In this document: positions 19,259 to 29,574 of the stretch, in pieces
How the letters are laid out: the number at the start of each line of letters is the position of its first letter
Numbering within the stretch: position 1 is the stretch's first letter
DNA from: an uncultured delta proteobacterium
GTDB lineage: Bacteria; Desulfobacterota; Desulfomonilia; UBA1062
Direction of reading: 5' to 3'
NCBI GenBank assembly: GCA_963798485.1
Contig: CAWCTR010000023.1
Location: 64,001 to 128,000 of the forward strand
DNA: 64,000 nt
Notes under the pieces: model-generated
Told to the model about the DNA's origin: nothing
What the model saw: only the letters and a program-made list of their open reading frames with translations
The model's database searches: none
Position numbers and translations under genes: made by a program

Positions 19259-21166
19259 TCACCTGACCCGTGCGCCAACCTTGGGCACCCGCTCAAAGGT
19301 TACGAGAGTAAGTTTGCCGTCATGGCCGTCGGTGGCGAGCAGCATGCCTTCGCTTTCAAGACCCATGAGCTTGGCCGGTTTCAGGTTGGCCACCACGGCT
19401 ATGTACTTATCAACAAGGTCTTCAGGCCTATATGCCGTTCCGATACCGGCAACGATCTGGATGGTCCTGCCCACATCGACCTTCAGGATCACAAGCTTGT
19501 CTGACTTCTCAACGGCCCGGGCCTCCATGATCCTGCCCGTTTTTATCTCTATACGACCGAATTCACTGATATCAATAAGATTGTCAGGTACCTTGTCGGT
19601 TTTTTTATCAACCTTGTCCTGGGTCTCCTCTTTGGGAGAGCCCATCTTCTCTACCCTGGGGAACAAGGCTTGGGCCTGACCGATCTTAATGCCGGGATTG
19701 AGATGCCCAAAAGAGTTCAGGTCCTTAAGCAAGATAATACTGTTTATCCCCATAAGATCAAGGATTGCCCGTGAGATTCCGGGCATTACCGGGAAGATGA
19801 GCACCGAGACAAACCGTATGGATTCCATGATATGGTACATGACCGTGGCGAGCCGCGGCATATCCTTTTTGGCGAGCTCCCAGGGGGCCATCTTGTCGAT
19901 GTATTTATTCAGGGCCGAGATGAGCGACCAGATCGACATGAGGGCCGTATGCAGCTCCAATGCCCCCATCTTGGCGGTGTAGTCCTCTACCACCTTCACG
20001 GCCAGGTCTTTCAGCTCACGGTCAATGTCCAAGGTGGCAGGCTCGGGAGAGGGGAGAATGCCGTTAAAATATTTTGCCACCATAGAGGTGCTCCTGCTCA
20101 CCAGGTTGCCCAGGTCGTTGGCCAGGTCCGCATTATACCTCTCGATGAGTGCCTCTTCCGAAAAGTTGGAGTCGAGCCCGAAGACCATATCGCGGACCAG
20201 GAAGTACCGGAAGGCATCCACCCCGTATTTGTTCTTCATCTCGAGCGGGTCCACCACATTACCAAGGCTCTTGGACATCTTGGTGGCATCAACATTCCAG
20301 AATCCGTGCACATTGAGGTTCTTGTACGGCTTCGCACCCATGGCCTTGAGCATGGTGGGCCAGTACACGGCATGCGGCTTGAGGATGTCCTTGCCCACGA
20401 GGTGCTGGGCTTCGTTCCAGAAATCCTTGAAATGATGGCTATCGGGGTAACCAATGCCTGTGAGGTAGTTAATGAGGGCGTCAAACCATACATAACAGAC
20501 AAACTCGGTGTCAAAGGGCAGCTCGATGCCCCAGGAAAGCCTTTTTTTGGGCCTGGAGATGCACAGGTCGTCGATTGGGCCCCGCAACATGCCGAGCACC
20601 TCGTTCTTGTACCGCTCGGGCCGGATAAACTCCGGGTTGTTTTCAATATACCCTATAAGCCAGGGCCGGTATTTTTCCATCTTGAAGAAATAGTTCTTTT
20701 CCTGGACAAAGGTCAGTGGCGTTAAGTGGATGGGGCACTTACCGTCAACCATCTCGGTCTCTGTCATGAAGCGCTCGCAGCCCGTGCAGTAGTGGCCGCC
20801 GTATTCCCCGAAGTAGATATCGCCCTTGTCGTATACCTCTTGGAGGATCCGCTGAACGGTCTTTATGTGGTCCGGCTCGGTAGTGCGGATGAAGCGGTTG
20901 TTTTCCACCTGTATCTGGGGCCAGAGGTCGCGGAAGCGCCGGCTGTTTTCATCCGCAAGGTCTTTTGCCGTAATGCCGAGCCCCTTGGCCGTTTCCATGA
21001 TCTTGTCGCCATGCTCGTCCGTACCGGTGAGAAAAAATACCTCCTCTCCAAGGAGCTTGTGAAAGCGGGCCAGGACATCACCGATGACCGTAGTATAGAC
21101 ATGTCCGAGGTGGGGTTTGGCATTCACATAGTAGATGGGTGTGGTCACGTAGAAGTACTGTTTCAT
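19259..21166 (-). CDS. metG: Methionine--tRNA ligase
   Basis: TTPIYYVN, HLGH, KMSKS, C-terminal tRNA-binding OB domain (NLKPAKLMGLESEGM). Confidence 0.98.
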   Translation of the reverse strand: MKQYFYVTTPIYYVNAKPHLGHVYTTVIGDVLARFHKLLGEEVFFLTGTDEHGDKIMETAKGLGITAKDLADENSRRFRDLWPQIQVENNRFIRTTEPDHIKTVQRILQEVYDKGDIYFGEYGGHYCTGCERFMTETEMVDGKCPIHLTPLTFVQEKNYFFKMEKYRPWLIGYIENNPEFIRPERYKNEVLGMLRGPIDDLCISRPKKRLSWGIELPFDTEFVCYVWFDALINYLTGIGYPDSHHFKDFWNEAQHLVGKDILKPHAVYWPTMLKAMGAKPYKNLNVHGFWNVDATKMSKSLGNVVDPLEMKNKYGVDAFRYFLVRDMVFGLDSNFSEEALIERYNADLANDLGNLVSRSTSMVAKYFNGILPSPEPATLDIDRELKDLAVKVVEDYTAKMGALELHTALMSIWSLISALNKYIDKMAPWELAKKDMPRLATVMYHIMESIRFVSVLIFPVMPGISRAILDLMGINSIILLKDLNSFGHLNPGIKIGQAQALFPRVEKMGSPKEETQDKVDKKTDKVPDNLIDISEFGRIEIKTGRIMEARAVEKSDKLVILKVDVGRTIQIVAGIGTAYRPEDLVDKYIAVVANLKPAKLMGLESEGMLLATDGHDGKLTLVTFERVPKVGARVR

Positions 21167-22158
21167 GGCTGAGGGCTCCTTTTTTTCCGTGCATTGCGAT
21201 TTCGTGACCTCTTTCTCTTGGGTTTGGGTTTGGTGGCGATCATGGGCACCATGGGGGGTTCTTCTCCCACCGGTTCTTCCTCCAGGAGGATCTCTCCCTC
21301 CTTTCCCTGTGATGGGCCTTTGCGATCACCGAGTTGCAGGAATTCTTCGGCGGTAAGGATGTCTGAGACGTTGGCCTTGATAAAACGTCTGTCCGTGAGC
21401 TTTGCCACAAAGGTCTGGTTGATGACATTGATGCTCACCACTATTGCCTCCCCCTCGCTAAGAAAGACTTTTTTGCCCGGCTTGGGGAGGTTTTCGATGA
21501 GATTTGCATAGGACTCCTTCTCATAGGCAAGACAACACTTGAGCTTCCCGCACAGCCCTGAAATCTTGGTGGGGTTGAGTGTCATATTCTGGTTCTTCGC
21601 CATCTTTACGGAAATCCGCTGGAAGTTGGTCAGGAAGGTGGCGCAGCAGAGTTCCCTGCCGCAGCTCCCTATTCCACCAAGCATGGCCGACTCCTGCCGT
21701 GTCCCTACCTGGCGAAGTTCGATCCTTGTGCGGTAACGCTCTACCAGGTCTTTGAGAAGCTCCCTGAAATCAACCCTTCCCTCTGAAACAAAGGAGAAGG
21801 TGATCTTGTTCTCGTCAAAGAGCTGCTCCACCATGATGAGCTTCATGGACAAGGCCCGTGCCCTGATGCGTTCATGGCAGAAGGCAAAGCAGTCTTTTTC
21901 CTTGGCGCGTATCCGATCGAGCTTTATCAAATCCTCATCGGTCATCTTGCGGATAACCGGTTTGATTTCTTCCAGCCCCGATGCCTCATCCTCTTTTGTG
22001 TATCCGATGACCCGCGCTGCACAGAGTCCCGCTTCAGTACTCACGATGACCATATCCCCCTGGTCAAGCTCCAGGTCCTGGGCATCGAAGATATAAGGCG
22101 TCGGTATGGTATCGAATCTTACACACACGAGTCGTTTTGCTTTTTCTGTAGTTTCCAT
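21163..22158 (-). CDS. PSP1/RicT (YaaT) family Fe-S regulatory protein
   Basis: RVDFRELLKDL, GGIGSCGRELCC, KISGLCGKLKCCL. Start placed at ATG 22158 because the predicted promoter overlaps the upstream codons. Confidence 0.9.
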   Translation of the reverse strand: METTEKAKRLVCVRFDTIPTPYIFDAQDLELDQGDMVIVSTEAGLCAARVIGYTKEDEASGLEEIKPVIRKMTDEDLIKLDRIRAKEKDCFAFCHERIRARALSMKLIMVEQLFDENKITFSFVSEGRVDFRELLKDLVERYRTRIELRQVGTRQESAMLGGIGSCGRELCCATFLTNFQRISVKMAKNQNMTLNPTKISGLCGKLKCCLAYEKESYANLIENLPKPGKKVFLSEGEAIVVSINVINQTFVAKLTDRRFIKANVSDILTAEEFLQLGDRKGPSQGKEGEILLEEEPVGEEPPMVPMIATKPKPKRKRSRNRNARKKRSPQP

Positions 22159-22276
22159 CAATACCATGTTAGCAACCATACATCATATTTTTCAAGTGCA
22201 TCTTTCACTGAAGTTGATCATCGGGGATTTTTATGTGATAAAAGGACAAGGCGAAAGCATCCTTAATGGGGGGAGT

Positions 22277-22906
22277 ATGACACTCTGGGAGTTTTTTATA
22301 AAGGGCGGGCCCGTAATGTGGCCTTTATTTGCCTGCTCCATCATTGCACTTACCATTATTATCGAGCGGCTGTTCACCTTGCGGCAGGGCAAAATCATTC
22401 CAGCAGAGCTCATAGAGGAGGTGGAACTGCTTATCCGCATGGGGAGGCTTAATGACATTGAGCAACTCCTGAAAAGGAGTTCGTCCCCCTTAAGCCCCAT
22501 CATCATGACGGCTATTAAGAACGCAGGAAGGCGCCGCGAGATTATCAAGGAATACATGGAAGAGGCAGGCGCAACACAAGCTTACACCATGGAGAGGTAT
22601 ATCGACATCTTAGGTATCATTGCTGCGATCTCGCCCCTGCTTGGGTTTCTGGGTACCGCCACGGGCATACTAACCACGTTCAAGGCAATAAGCACAATAG
22701 GAAACAACTCCAGCCGGCTGCTCGCCGCCGGAATCTCAGAGGCCCTCATCACCACTGTAGTGGGTCTGGCAATCGCCATACCGGTTTATGTTTGCTATCG
22801 GGTCCTCATTGCACGCAGCGATCATCTGCTCATAGATATGGAAATGACCTCTGCGAGAATCCTCGAATACCTAAAGGGTGAAACCCATGAGGTTCAGGCG
22901 GAATAA
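22277..22906 (+). CDS. exbB: MotA/TolQ/ExbB proton channel protein
   Basis: GGPVMWPL, ISPLLGFLGT, GISEALITT; start at ATG 22277 after a G-rich SD. Confidence 0.88.
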   Translation: MTLWEFFIKGGPVMWPLFACSIIALTIIIERLFTLRQGKIIPAELIEEVELLIRMGRLNDIEQLLKRSSSPLSPIIMTAIKNAGRRREIIKEYMEEAGATQAYTMERYIDILGIIAAISPLLGFLGTATGILTTFKAISTIGNNSSRLLAAGISEALITTVVGLAIAIPVYVCYRVLIARSDHLLIDMEMTSARILEYLKGETHEVQAE

Positions 22907-23264
22907 AAGACTCAAGAATAAATCAATTATCGACATTACACCGCTGGTGAATGTCGTATTTCTGCTGCTGGTCTTCTTGTTGCTCGCAATGGGAGTGCCG
23001 CTCGGATTGAAGCAGAATTCCCTGATAGGGCAAAGGGAGATCCCTGCCGGCAGTTCGATGGTTGTGGTTGTCCTGCCGGGAAAGGTAGTCATCGACGACA
23101 AGCCTGTGAGCGATGGAACCCTCCAAGGATTGCCCCGAAACAGGGACATTGTTATCCTTGCTTCCAAGGAGATCCCTTACTCCCAGGTCGTAAGCATACT
23201 GGATGTTCTGAGGACGTCAGGACATACCAGGCTCTCTTTGGCGACAAAACCCGTAAACGAATAA
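22887..23264 (+). CDS. exbD: ExbD/TolR family protein
   Basis: IDITPLVNVVFLLLVF TM segment; overlaps the exbB end. Confidence 0.82.
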   Translation: MRFRRNKRLKNKSIIDITPLVNVVFLLLVFLLLAMGVPLGLKQNSLIGQREIPAGSSMVVVVLPGKVVIDDKPVSDGTLQGLPRNRDIVILASKEIPYSQVVSILDVLRTSGHTRLSLATKPVNE

Positions 23265-23335
23265 GAGTTTGTTTTTTCATAATCAAGCGTCAAAAGGTTT
23301 GACTTAGCAGTATCATCTCAGTAATATTATTGGAA

Positions 23336-23698
23336 ATGAAGCGAATCCTCATTATAGAAGACGACAAGAATATTCAAGAACTGCTTCGGCAGGAGCTCAA
23401 CGACGAAGGATATGCCATCACCATTGCCGGCAACGGGAAAGAGGCCTTGTCTGTCTTGAAGAACAAGGATAGCCAGAAGCCGGACCTCATTATCCTTGAT
23501 CTGAGGATGCCGGCCATGGATGGGATTGAGACCATGGGGCACATCCTGAAAATGAAGAATGAGACCCCGGTAATCATCCACACTGCATATCCCAGCTACA
23601 AGGGTGATGCCCTGGCTACGGCAGCTGATGCGTTTGTAGTGAAATCACATGACTTGACCAAGTTAAAGAATGCAATATTTGATTTGATTGGTAAATAA
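23336..23698 (+). CDS. Single-domain response regulator receiver
   Basis: IEDD, DLIILDLRMP.MDG, TA, VVKS; translationally coupled to glgC (TAATG). Confidence 0.9.
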   Translation: MKRILIIEDDKNIQELLRQELNDEGYAITIAGNGKEALSVLKNKDSQKPDLIILDLRMPAMDGIETMGHILKMKNETPVIIHTAYPSYKGDALATAADAFVVKSHDLTKLKNAIFDLIGK

Positions 23699-24933
23699 TG
23701 CCATTTATAAATCCAAACAACGTTGAGGTGGTTATCCTTGCAGGTGGAAAGGGCGAACGTCTCTATCCACTGACAAAAGACCGCGCAAAGCCGGCGGTGC
23801 CGTTTGCCGGGATGTACCGCATCATTGACTTTACCTTGTCAAACTGTGTGAATTCAGGACTCAAGCAGATTTATGTGTTATCCCAGTACAAATCCCACTC
23901 CCTGAACCGCCACATCCAGCAGGGCTGGCTCTCCTTCTTTTCCTACCCCATGGGAGAGTTCATCTATGACATCCCGGCTCAGCAGCGGATCGGGAACAGC
24001 TGGTATGAGGGCACGGCGGATGCAGTCTTCCAGAACATCTATTCCCTCCAGCAGGACATGCCCGGCTATACCCTGATCCTTTCGGGCGACCACATTTACC
24101 AGATGAATTATATGGAAATGATACAATTCCATGTGCGCAGAAAGGCGGATGTGACCATAGGGACGGTGCCCATGCCTGTCGAAACGGCCAGCCAGTTCGG
24201 CGTAATCAGGGCCGACAAAGGTATGAACGTGGTAGGGTTCCAGGAAAAACCCAAGAAGGCCCCCTTCACCATGCCGGGCGACGCAAGCAAGGTGATGGTC
24301 TCCATGGGGATCTATGTATTCAATACCAAGACACTCATCCGCCAGCTCGTGGAGGATGCAAAGATCAAGTCGAGCTCACATGACTTCGGCAAAGACATCA
24401 TCCCGCGCATGGTGAAACACAGCAAGGTCATAATGCATCCATTCAAGGGTATCATGGGCAATGGCTACTGGCGTGATATCGGGACCTTGGATGCCTACTA
24501 CGAGGCCAACATGGATCTGGTATCCGTAACGCCCGCGTGCAACCTCTATCACCAGGGCTGGCCGGTGCATACGGTATACAGCCCCTATCCTCCGGCGAAG
24601 ATGGTTTTTTCCGGCGGGAAAGACGGCAAGCGAATCGGCATGGTGCTTGATTCCATCATCTGTGACGGCGCCATTGTCTCGGGCGGAAAGGTCAAGCGGT
24701 CCATTATCTCGCCCAACGTCAGGGTGCACAGTTATTCCGAGATTGAAGATTCCATGCTCATGGAGGGCGTTGAGATCGGAAGGAACTGTAAGATCAGGCG
24801 TACCATCATAGACAAATATGTCAAGATACCTCCCCGCACGACAATTGGTTATGACCCTGAGGATGACAAGAAAAAGTTCGATGTATCCCCTGGCGGGATT
24901 GTAGTTGTTTCCAAGAACACCATGTTCGACTGA
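23698..24933 (+). CDS. glgC: Glucose-1-phosphate adenylyltransferase
   Basis: LAGGKGERLYPLT.DRAKPAVPF, GTADAV, FQEKP, DFGKD, YWRDIGT. Confidence 0.97.
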   Translation: MPFINPNNVEVVILAGGKGERLYPLTKDRAKPAVPFAGMYRIIDFTLSNCVNSGLKQIYVLSQYKSHSLNRHIQQGWLSFFSYPMGEFIYDIPAQQRIGNSWYEGTADAVFQNIYSLQQDMPGYTLILSGDHIYQMNYMEMIQFHVRRKADVTIGTVPMPVETASQFGVIRADKGMNVVGFQEKPKKAPFTMPGDASKVMVSMGIYVFNTKTLIRQLVEDAKIKSSSHDFGKDIIPRMVKHSKVIMHPFKGIMGNGYWRDIGTLDAYYEANMDLVSVTPACNLYHQGWPVHTVYSPYPPAKMVFSGGKDGKRIGMVLDSIICDGAIVSGGKVKRSIISPNVRVHSYSEIEDSMLMEGVEIGRNCKIRRTIIDKYVKIPPRTTIGYDPEDDKKKFDVSPGGIVVVSKNTMFD

Positions 24934-24940
24934 ACCCTTC

Positions 24941-26227
24941 ATGAAACGCCTTGCCCTGGTAAGCCTCGGCTGCCCGAAGAACCTGGTTGACTCGGAATAC
25001 ATCTGCGAGCGTTTCATCAAGGCAGGATATACCGTTGTCCAGGAACCTGAAGATGCCGACCTCGTGGTGGTGAACACCTGTTCGTTCCTGACCTCGGCTG
25101 TGGAAGAATCCGTCAATACCCTGATTGAACTTGCTCGGAGCGGCAAGGAGGTAATCTGCACAGGCTGCCTGGTGAGCAGGTATAAAAAAGAGATCCTGAC
25201 AGAGCTTCCCGAGATAAGCATGTTCGCCGGGCCCGGTAGCTATGATTCCATTGTCGAGGCCTACGAATCGGGCAAACGCTATCTTGATCCCTGTTTCACC
25301 TCCGTGGTGAAGAGATCCTTCTTCAGCAGCACTGCCAGTGCGTATGTAAAGATAAGTGAGGGATGCAACAACCGTTGCAAGTACTGCCTTATCCCATCCA
25401 TCAGGGGTTCTCTGGTAAGCAAACCTATGGAAGAGCTTATTGACGAATGCATGGAACTTGCCGATGGCGGGGCCAAAGAGATCGTCCTGGTGGCCCAGGA
25501 CCTTGGCAGTTATGGGAAGGACCTGGCCATAAAGGCAGGCCTTGTCCGGCTTGTCGAGAGGATCTCCGCATTAGAAACCGTAGAGTGGATACGACTTATG
25601 TACGTCCATCCGGCCTCACTGACCAAGGCCCTTGTCGAGCAGATCGAGGTCAACCCGAAGGTGTGCCCGTACATCGACCTGCCCATCCAGCATGTTTCGG
25701 GGAAGGTCCTTACGAAAATGGGAAGGCGGGGCGGGGCAGGTGCGGTCAGGAAGGCCTTCGAGCTTATCCATGCGTCAAAAAAAGAGATATGGGTCAGGAC
25801 GAGCCTCATGGTGGGCCACCCCGGCGAGGATGATGAGGCCTTCAGCGAGCTCGAGCACTTTGTCGCACAGGGCAACATCCAACACCTCGGGGTCTTTGCC
25901 TATTCGCCGGAACAGGGCTCCAAGAGCTATACCCTCAAGGACATGCCTGAAAAACGCATTGCCGTTAAGCGCAAGCGCAGGATCATGGCGCTCCAGCAGA
26001 AGGTTTCGAAAAAAAGGCTTAACAAGATGGCAGGCAAAGAGGTAAAGGTCCTCATTGAAGGGTATCACCCCGAAACCGAGCTCCTCCTAAAGGGAAGGGC
26101 CTCGTTTCAGGCCCCGGAGGTGGACGGCATGGTGATAATCAATGAAGGTGGGGCCGATGCAGGGAACATTGCAGATGTTGAGATCACCGGTTCATGGGAA
26201 TATGATCTGATCGGAAGGATCGTATGA
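24941..26227 (+). CDS. rimO: Ribosomal protein S12 methylthiotransferase RimO
   Basis: SLGCPKNLVDSE, radical-SAM CNNRCKYC, APEVDG, TRAM domain. Confidence 0.95.
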   Translation: MKRLALVSLGCPKNLVDSEYICERFIKAGYTVVQEPEDADLVVVNTCSFLTSAVEESVNTLIELARSGKEVICTGCLVSRYKKEILTELPEISMFAGPGSYDSIVEAYESGKRYLDPCFTSVVKRSFFSSTASAYVKISEGCNNRCKYCLIPSIRGSLVSKPMEELIDECMELADGGAKEIVLVAQDLGSYGKDLAIKAGLVRLVERISALETVEWIRLMYVHPASLTKALVEQIEVNPKVCPYIDLPIQHVSGKVLTKMGRRGGAGAVRKAFELIHASKKEIWVRTSLMVGHPGEDDEAFSELEHFVAQGNIQHLGVFAYSPEQGSKSYTLKDMPEKRIAVKRKRRIMALQQKVSKKRLNKMAGKEVKVLIEGYHPETELLLKGRASFQAPEVDGMVIINEGGADAGNIADVEITGSWEYDLIGRIV

Positions 26228-27204
26228 ACGATGCACGTATCATTGAGCTTGGGAGAGATGCTGTGCGCATCGAGATCGAAGGTCTCGAAGAGCTTGCCTC
26301 TCAGATCGGTGAGGGCTTTGCGCGGGCGGTAAGGATTATTTCCGACCTTAAGGGCAAGGTAGTGCTCACCGGGGTAGGCAAATCGGGCATCATCGCCAGG
26401 AAGGTGGCCTCCACCATGATGAGCATAGGAACACCCGCCATCTTCATGCACCCGGTGGACGGCCTGCATGGCGATCTCGGCTCCATCATGTCCGAAGATG
26501 CCGCTATCATCATCACCAACAGCGGCAAGACCACAGAGGTCATCAATCTCATTCCATCACTGAAAGCACTTAAGCTCCCCATCATTACGATAACCTCGGA
26601 TAAGGATTCCCCGGTTGCCAGGGCATCCGATGTGGTGCTGAGGTGCAGCGTGAGCAAGGAGGCATGCAACCTGGGGCTCGCCCCTACCGCCTCCACTACG
26701 GCACAGCTTGCCCTCGGTGATGCTATAGCGGTAGTGGTCTCCCGGATCAAGGGCTTTGACAAGGATTCATTCAGAGTCCTTCACCCCGCAGGGGAAATCG
26801 GGAAACAACTCATGGTCGGCATCTCAGAGATGATGATCACGGGAGAACGCATCCCCATGGTCGGCCTCGATACCACGCTTCCTGATGTAGTAGTAGAGAT
26901 GACGGCGAAAAAGCTGGGCTTCACCCTGGTAGGGAAGACCCCGAACGTAGAAGGCATGATCACAGACGGCGACCTGAGGAGGGTGCTCTTAAAGCACGGG
27001 GATAGACTCACCGGCTTGAAGGCTAAAGACATCATGTCGCCCAAACCCAAGAGAATCAGCAGCGACAAGCTCGCCATTGATGCCCTGGATATCATGGAAA
27101 AATCTCAGATTACCTCCCTGGTTGTAACCGATGAATCCGATACCATGACCGGCGTCATCCATCTCCACGACCTGTTGGGCAGGGGCAAACTTGGGCTGCG
27201 GTAA
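26224..27204 (+). CDS. kdsD: Arabinose-5-phosphate isomerase (KpsF/GutQ family, SIS + 2 CBS)
   Basis: GVGKSG, HGDLG, LAPTAST, HPAG, TDGDLRR. Confidence 0.92.
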   Translation: MNDARIIELGRDAVRIEIEGLEELASQIGEGFARAVRIISDLKGKVVLTGVGKSGIIARKVASTMMSIGTPAIFMHPVDGLHGDLGSIMSEDAAIIITNSGKTTEVINLIPSLKALKLPIITITSDKDSPVARASDVVLRCSVSKEACNLGLAPTASTTAQLALGDAIAVVVSRIKGFDKDSFRVLHPAGEIGKQLMVGISEMMITGERIPMVGLDTTLPDVVVEMTAKKLGFTLVGKTPNVEGMITDGDLRRVLLKHGDRLTGLKAKDIMSPKPKRISSDKLAIDALDIMEKSQITSLVVTDESDTMTGVIHLHDLLGRGKLGLR

Positions 27205-27286
27205 TTCTGTTGGGTACCTCCATCAGTCCGATCATCAAGGACGTAATTTAGTGTTTAGTCGACAATGCCACCGCGAAATAGTACGG

Positions 27287-27919
27287 CTAGCTGTTATCAA
27301 ATGTCTTTAGTATTGTGCCGGCATCCTCGACGATGAAGAGCCTGTCCATGTTCTTCAAGGAACGCTCATGGGCCTCTGGGTCCATTGAAGAAACGCAGTC
27401 AGATATGACAACCGGATAAAACCCCCTGTTAGAGGCATCCCGCACACTCGATTCAATGCCCATCTCGGTGGCGATGCCGGTGAATATGATTGTGGTGATA
27501 GAACGGTTGTGCAGCATGAACTCGAATTTTGTCCCAAGAAAGATGCTTGCAAAAGATTTTTCAAGGACAACATCGTCTTTTTCCGGTTCGATCGTCCCAG
27601 GGATCATGCTCTCCTGCGAGCCAGGCGACATAAAGGACGGCAGCTTGTTTACATCATCCACATTGAACCGCCTCATCATCGAATAAAAGTACCATGATGA
27701 TACAAAATTTCTGGGCATGGGCGTGATCAATGTATAGAATACAGGCATCTTGCCGCGTAATATTTCGATGAGCGGTTTCAAAGAGGACATGAATTCCTCC
27801 TTGTTGAATATCCTGTCAACCAGGCCATTCTGTACATCCCAGACAACAAGGCATGAATGTTTGGGATCAACTATCTCCTTAAGATTTTCATACACTTCGA
27901 TTCCATTTATGTTTTTCAT
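27287..27919 (-). CDS. Isochorismatase-family hydrolase (YecD-like, no catalytic Cys)
   Basis: VVWDVQN, LEK, GIATEMGIESSVRDA. Confidence 0.85.
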   Translation of the reverse strand: MKNINGIEVYENLKEIVDPKHSCLVVWDVQNGLVDRIFNKEEFMSSLKPLIEILRGKMPVFYTLITPMPRNFVSSWYFYSMMRRFNVDDVNKLPSFMSPGSQESMIPGTIEPEKDDVVLEKSFASIFLGTKFEFMLHNRSITTIIFTGIATEMGIESSVRDASNRGFYPVVISDCVSSMDPEAHERSLKNMDRLFIVEDAGTILKTFDNS

Positions 27920-27943
27920 CGCTTACCTCGTATCATGCGTTTC

Positions 27944-27963
27944 TAATCTCGTTTGGGGTTAAT
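27944..27963. repeat. 20-bp motif, copy 1 (TAATCTCGTTTGGGGTTAAT)
   Basis: Matches 32853-32871 except for one extra G. Confidence 0.75.
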
Positions 27964-28083
27964 CTATATGAGATCTGAGCAAAGGGAAAGTATAGTTTTT
28001 ATCATTGAAAAGGTGTGTATAAATATTGAATAGGTTATTCATTCTATGAGATAATCCAGCAATCAGCATATGGGGGCCGAAAC

Positions 28084-29322
28084 ATGAAGAAAATTTCAGT
28101 ACCCTCCAGGCTTTGGTATGAGAATACCGAACGGGAGCTTATCTTTCCGGATAGATGGGATATGACCAACCTCACCTCTCCCGGTCTCGACAAACCAGGT
28201 CTTTCACCCGAGCAGATTAGGGATAAGCTGGAACATCCCATTGACGGACCAGGCCTTGAAGAGCTCACGAAAGGGAAGAGGCAGGCTGTCATCGTTTTTG
28301 ATGATATGACGAGACCTACCCCTGTCAAGGATGTGGCACCGTTCGTTTTGGATATCCTTCATAGGGCGGGCATGAAGCGGGGCCAGATCAGATTCCTCTG
28401 GGCGCTCGGATCACATGGCGCCTATGACATGATCAATGCCAGGAAGAAACTGGGGTCTGAGATCGTTGAAAATTATGCGGTTTATAACCATGACCCTTTT
28501 CAAAACACAGTCCGGGTAGGGAGGACGCCTACCGGGGTGGAAGTCTGGTTCAACAGGGAGTTCATGTCTTGTGATCTCAAGATCGGCATCGGTTGTATCA
28601 CACCACATGTCCATGTAGGTTTCGGCGGCGGGGCCAAACTCATCATGCCGGGCATCGCAGGTATTGAGACCATCAATCAATTTCACAACCAGTTGTTCCG
28701 GGACCCGGTCCGGACCGGTCTCGGTAACTTCGAAAACAATATCATGAGGGCAGAGTGTGATGCTGCCGGTGATCTCGCAGGATTAAATTTCAAAATCGAC
28801 TGTCTCATAAACCGCAAAGGACAGATAACAAACCTCTATGCCGGTCCTTTCCGTGCCACCCACTCTGCCGGGGCCCAGGAGGGCAAAGAACATTATGGCA
28901 TCCCCTTTTCAACCGGCTATGACATCGTTATTTGCAATTCCTATGCAAAAGCCAACGAGGCGGCCATAGCCCTGCTTCTTGCACTCCAGACACTCAAGCC
29001 TGGCGCCCAAGGAATCGCTGTGCTCATATCGGATGCCCCTGAGGGGCAGGTACCCCACTATGTGATGAGGGCCTGGGGATCGGATTATGGCGGGCGGCAC
29101 TACAGCCTCCGTTCACCAGGATTTGTACAGCTCCTCATGAAGAAACTCATTGTGCTTAATCCTCACCCCGACAGGACAAGTCTTGACCTGATTTGCCACC
29201 CTGACGATGCGGTTATTGTCAAAACATGGCCAGAGGTACTTACAATACTGGAAAATGACTATCCGGGAGACGCCAGGGTCGGTGTCATCCAGGACGGCAC
29301 TATGCAGTATATACGATCGTAA
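28084..29322 (+). CDS. LarA-family nickel-pincer-dependent racemase/epimerase
   Basis: DDMTRPTP, ALGSH, PHVHVGFGGGAK and FH correspond to LarA active-site and cofactor-binding motifs. Confidence 0.85.
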   Translation: MKKISVPSRLWYENTERELIFPDRWDMTNLTSPGLDKPGLSPEQIRDKLEHPIDGPGLEELTKGKRQAVIVFDDMTRPTPVKDVAPFVLDILHRAGMKRGQIRFLWALGSHGAYDMINARKKLGSEIVENYAVYNHDPFQNTVRVGRTPTGVEVWFNREFMSCDLKIGIGCITPHVHVGFGGGAKLIMPGIAGIETINQFHNQLFRDPVRTGLGNFENNIMRAECDAAGDLAGLNFKIDCLINRKGQITNLYAGPFRATHSAGAQEGKEHYGIPFSTGYDIVICNSYAKANEAAIALLLALQTLKPGAQGIAVLISDAPEGQVPHYVMRAWGSDYGGRHYSLRSPGFVQLLMKKLIVLNPHPDRTSLDLICHPDDAVIVKTWPEVLTILENDYPGDARVGVIQDGTMQYIRS

Positions 29323-29574
29323 TTTCCGTCTATATGAAACAGAAGGGACAAAGATTTCCTATAATTATATCATATTAAATTCAATTATATATAAGGTGTG
29401 TTGTAATAAACCAGTTTTTGTTCACACTGATACCCCCTTGAAAAAGCCAGTATAAGCGGCTTCATCCGTGGCATTCAGGTCGTTCTCAAAGTCTGCGAGG
29501 GTTCCCCTGTCGCCTATGCGGGGGAAATCCCCATAAGTACAATAATACACATAGTATTAATGTTGTTAATCGTT

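Noticed and set aside
29455-29535. GC-richer fragment between the larA-like and DUF4038 genes
   Set aside because: Possibly a coding remnant, but no start and no recognisable homology.
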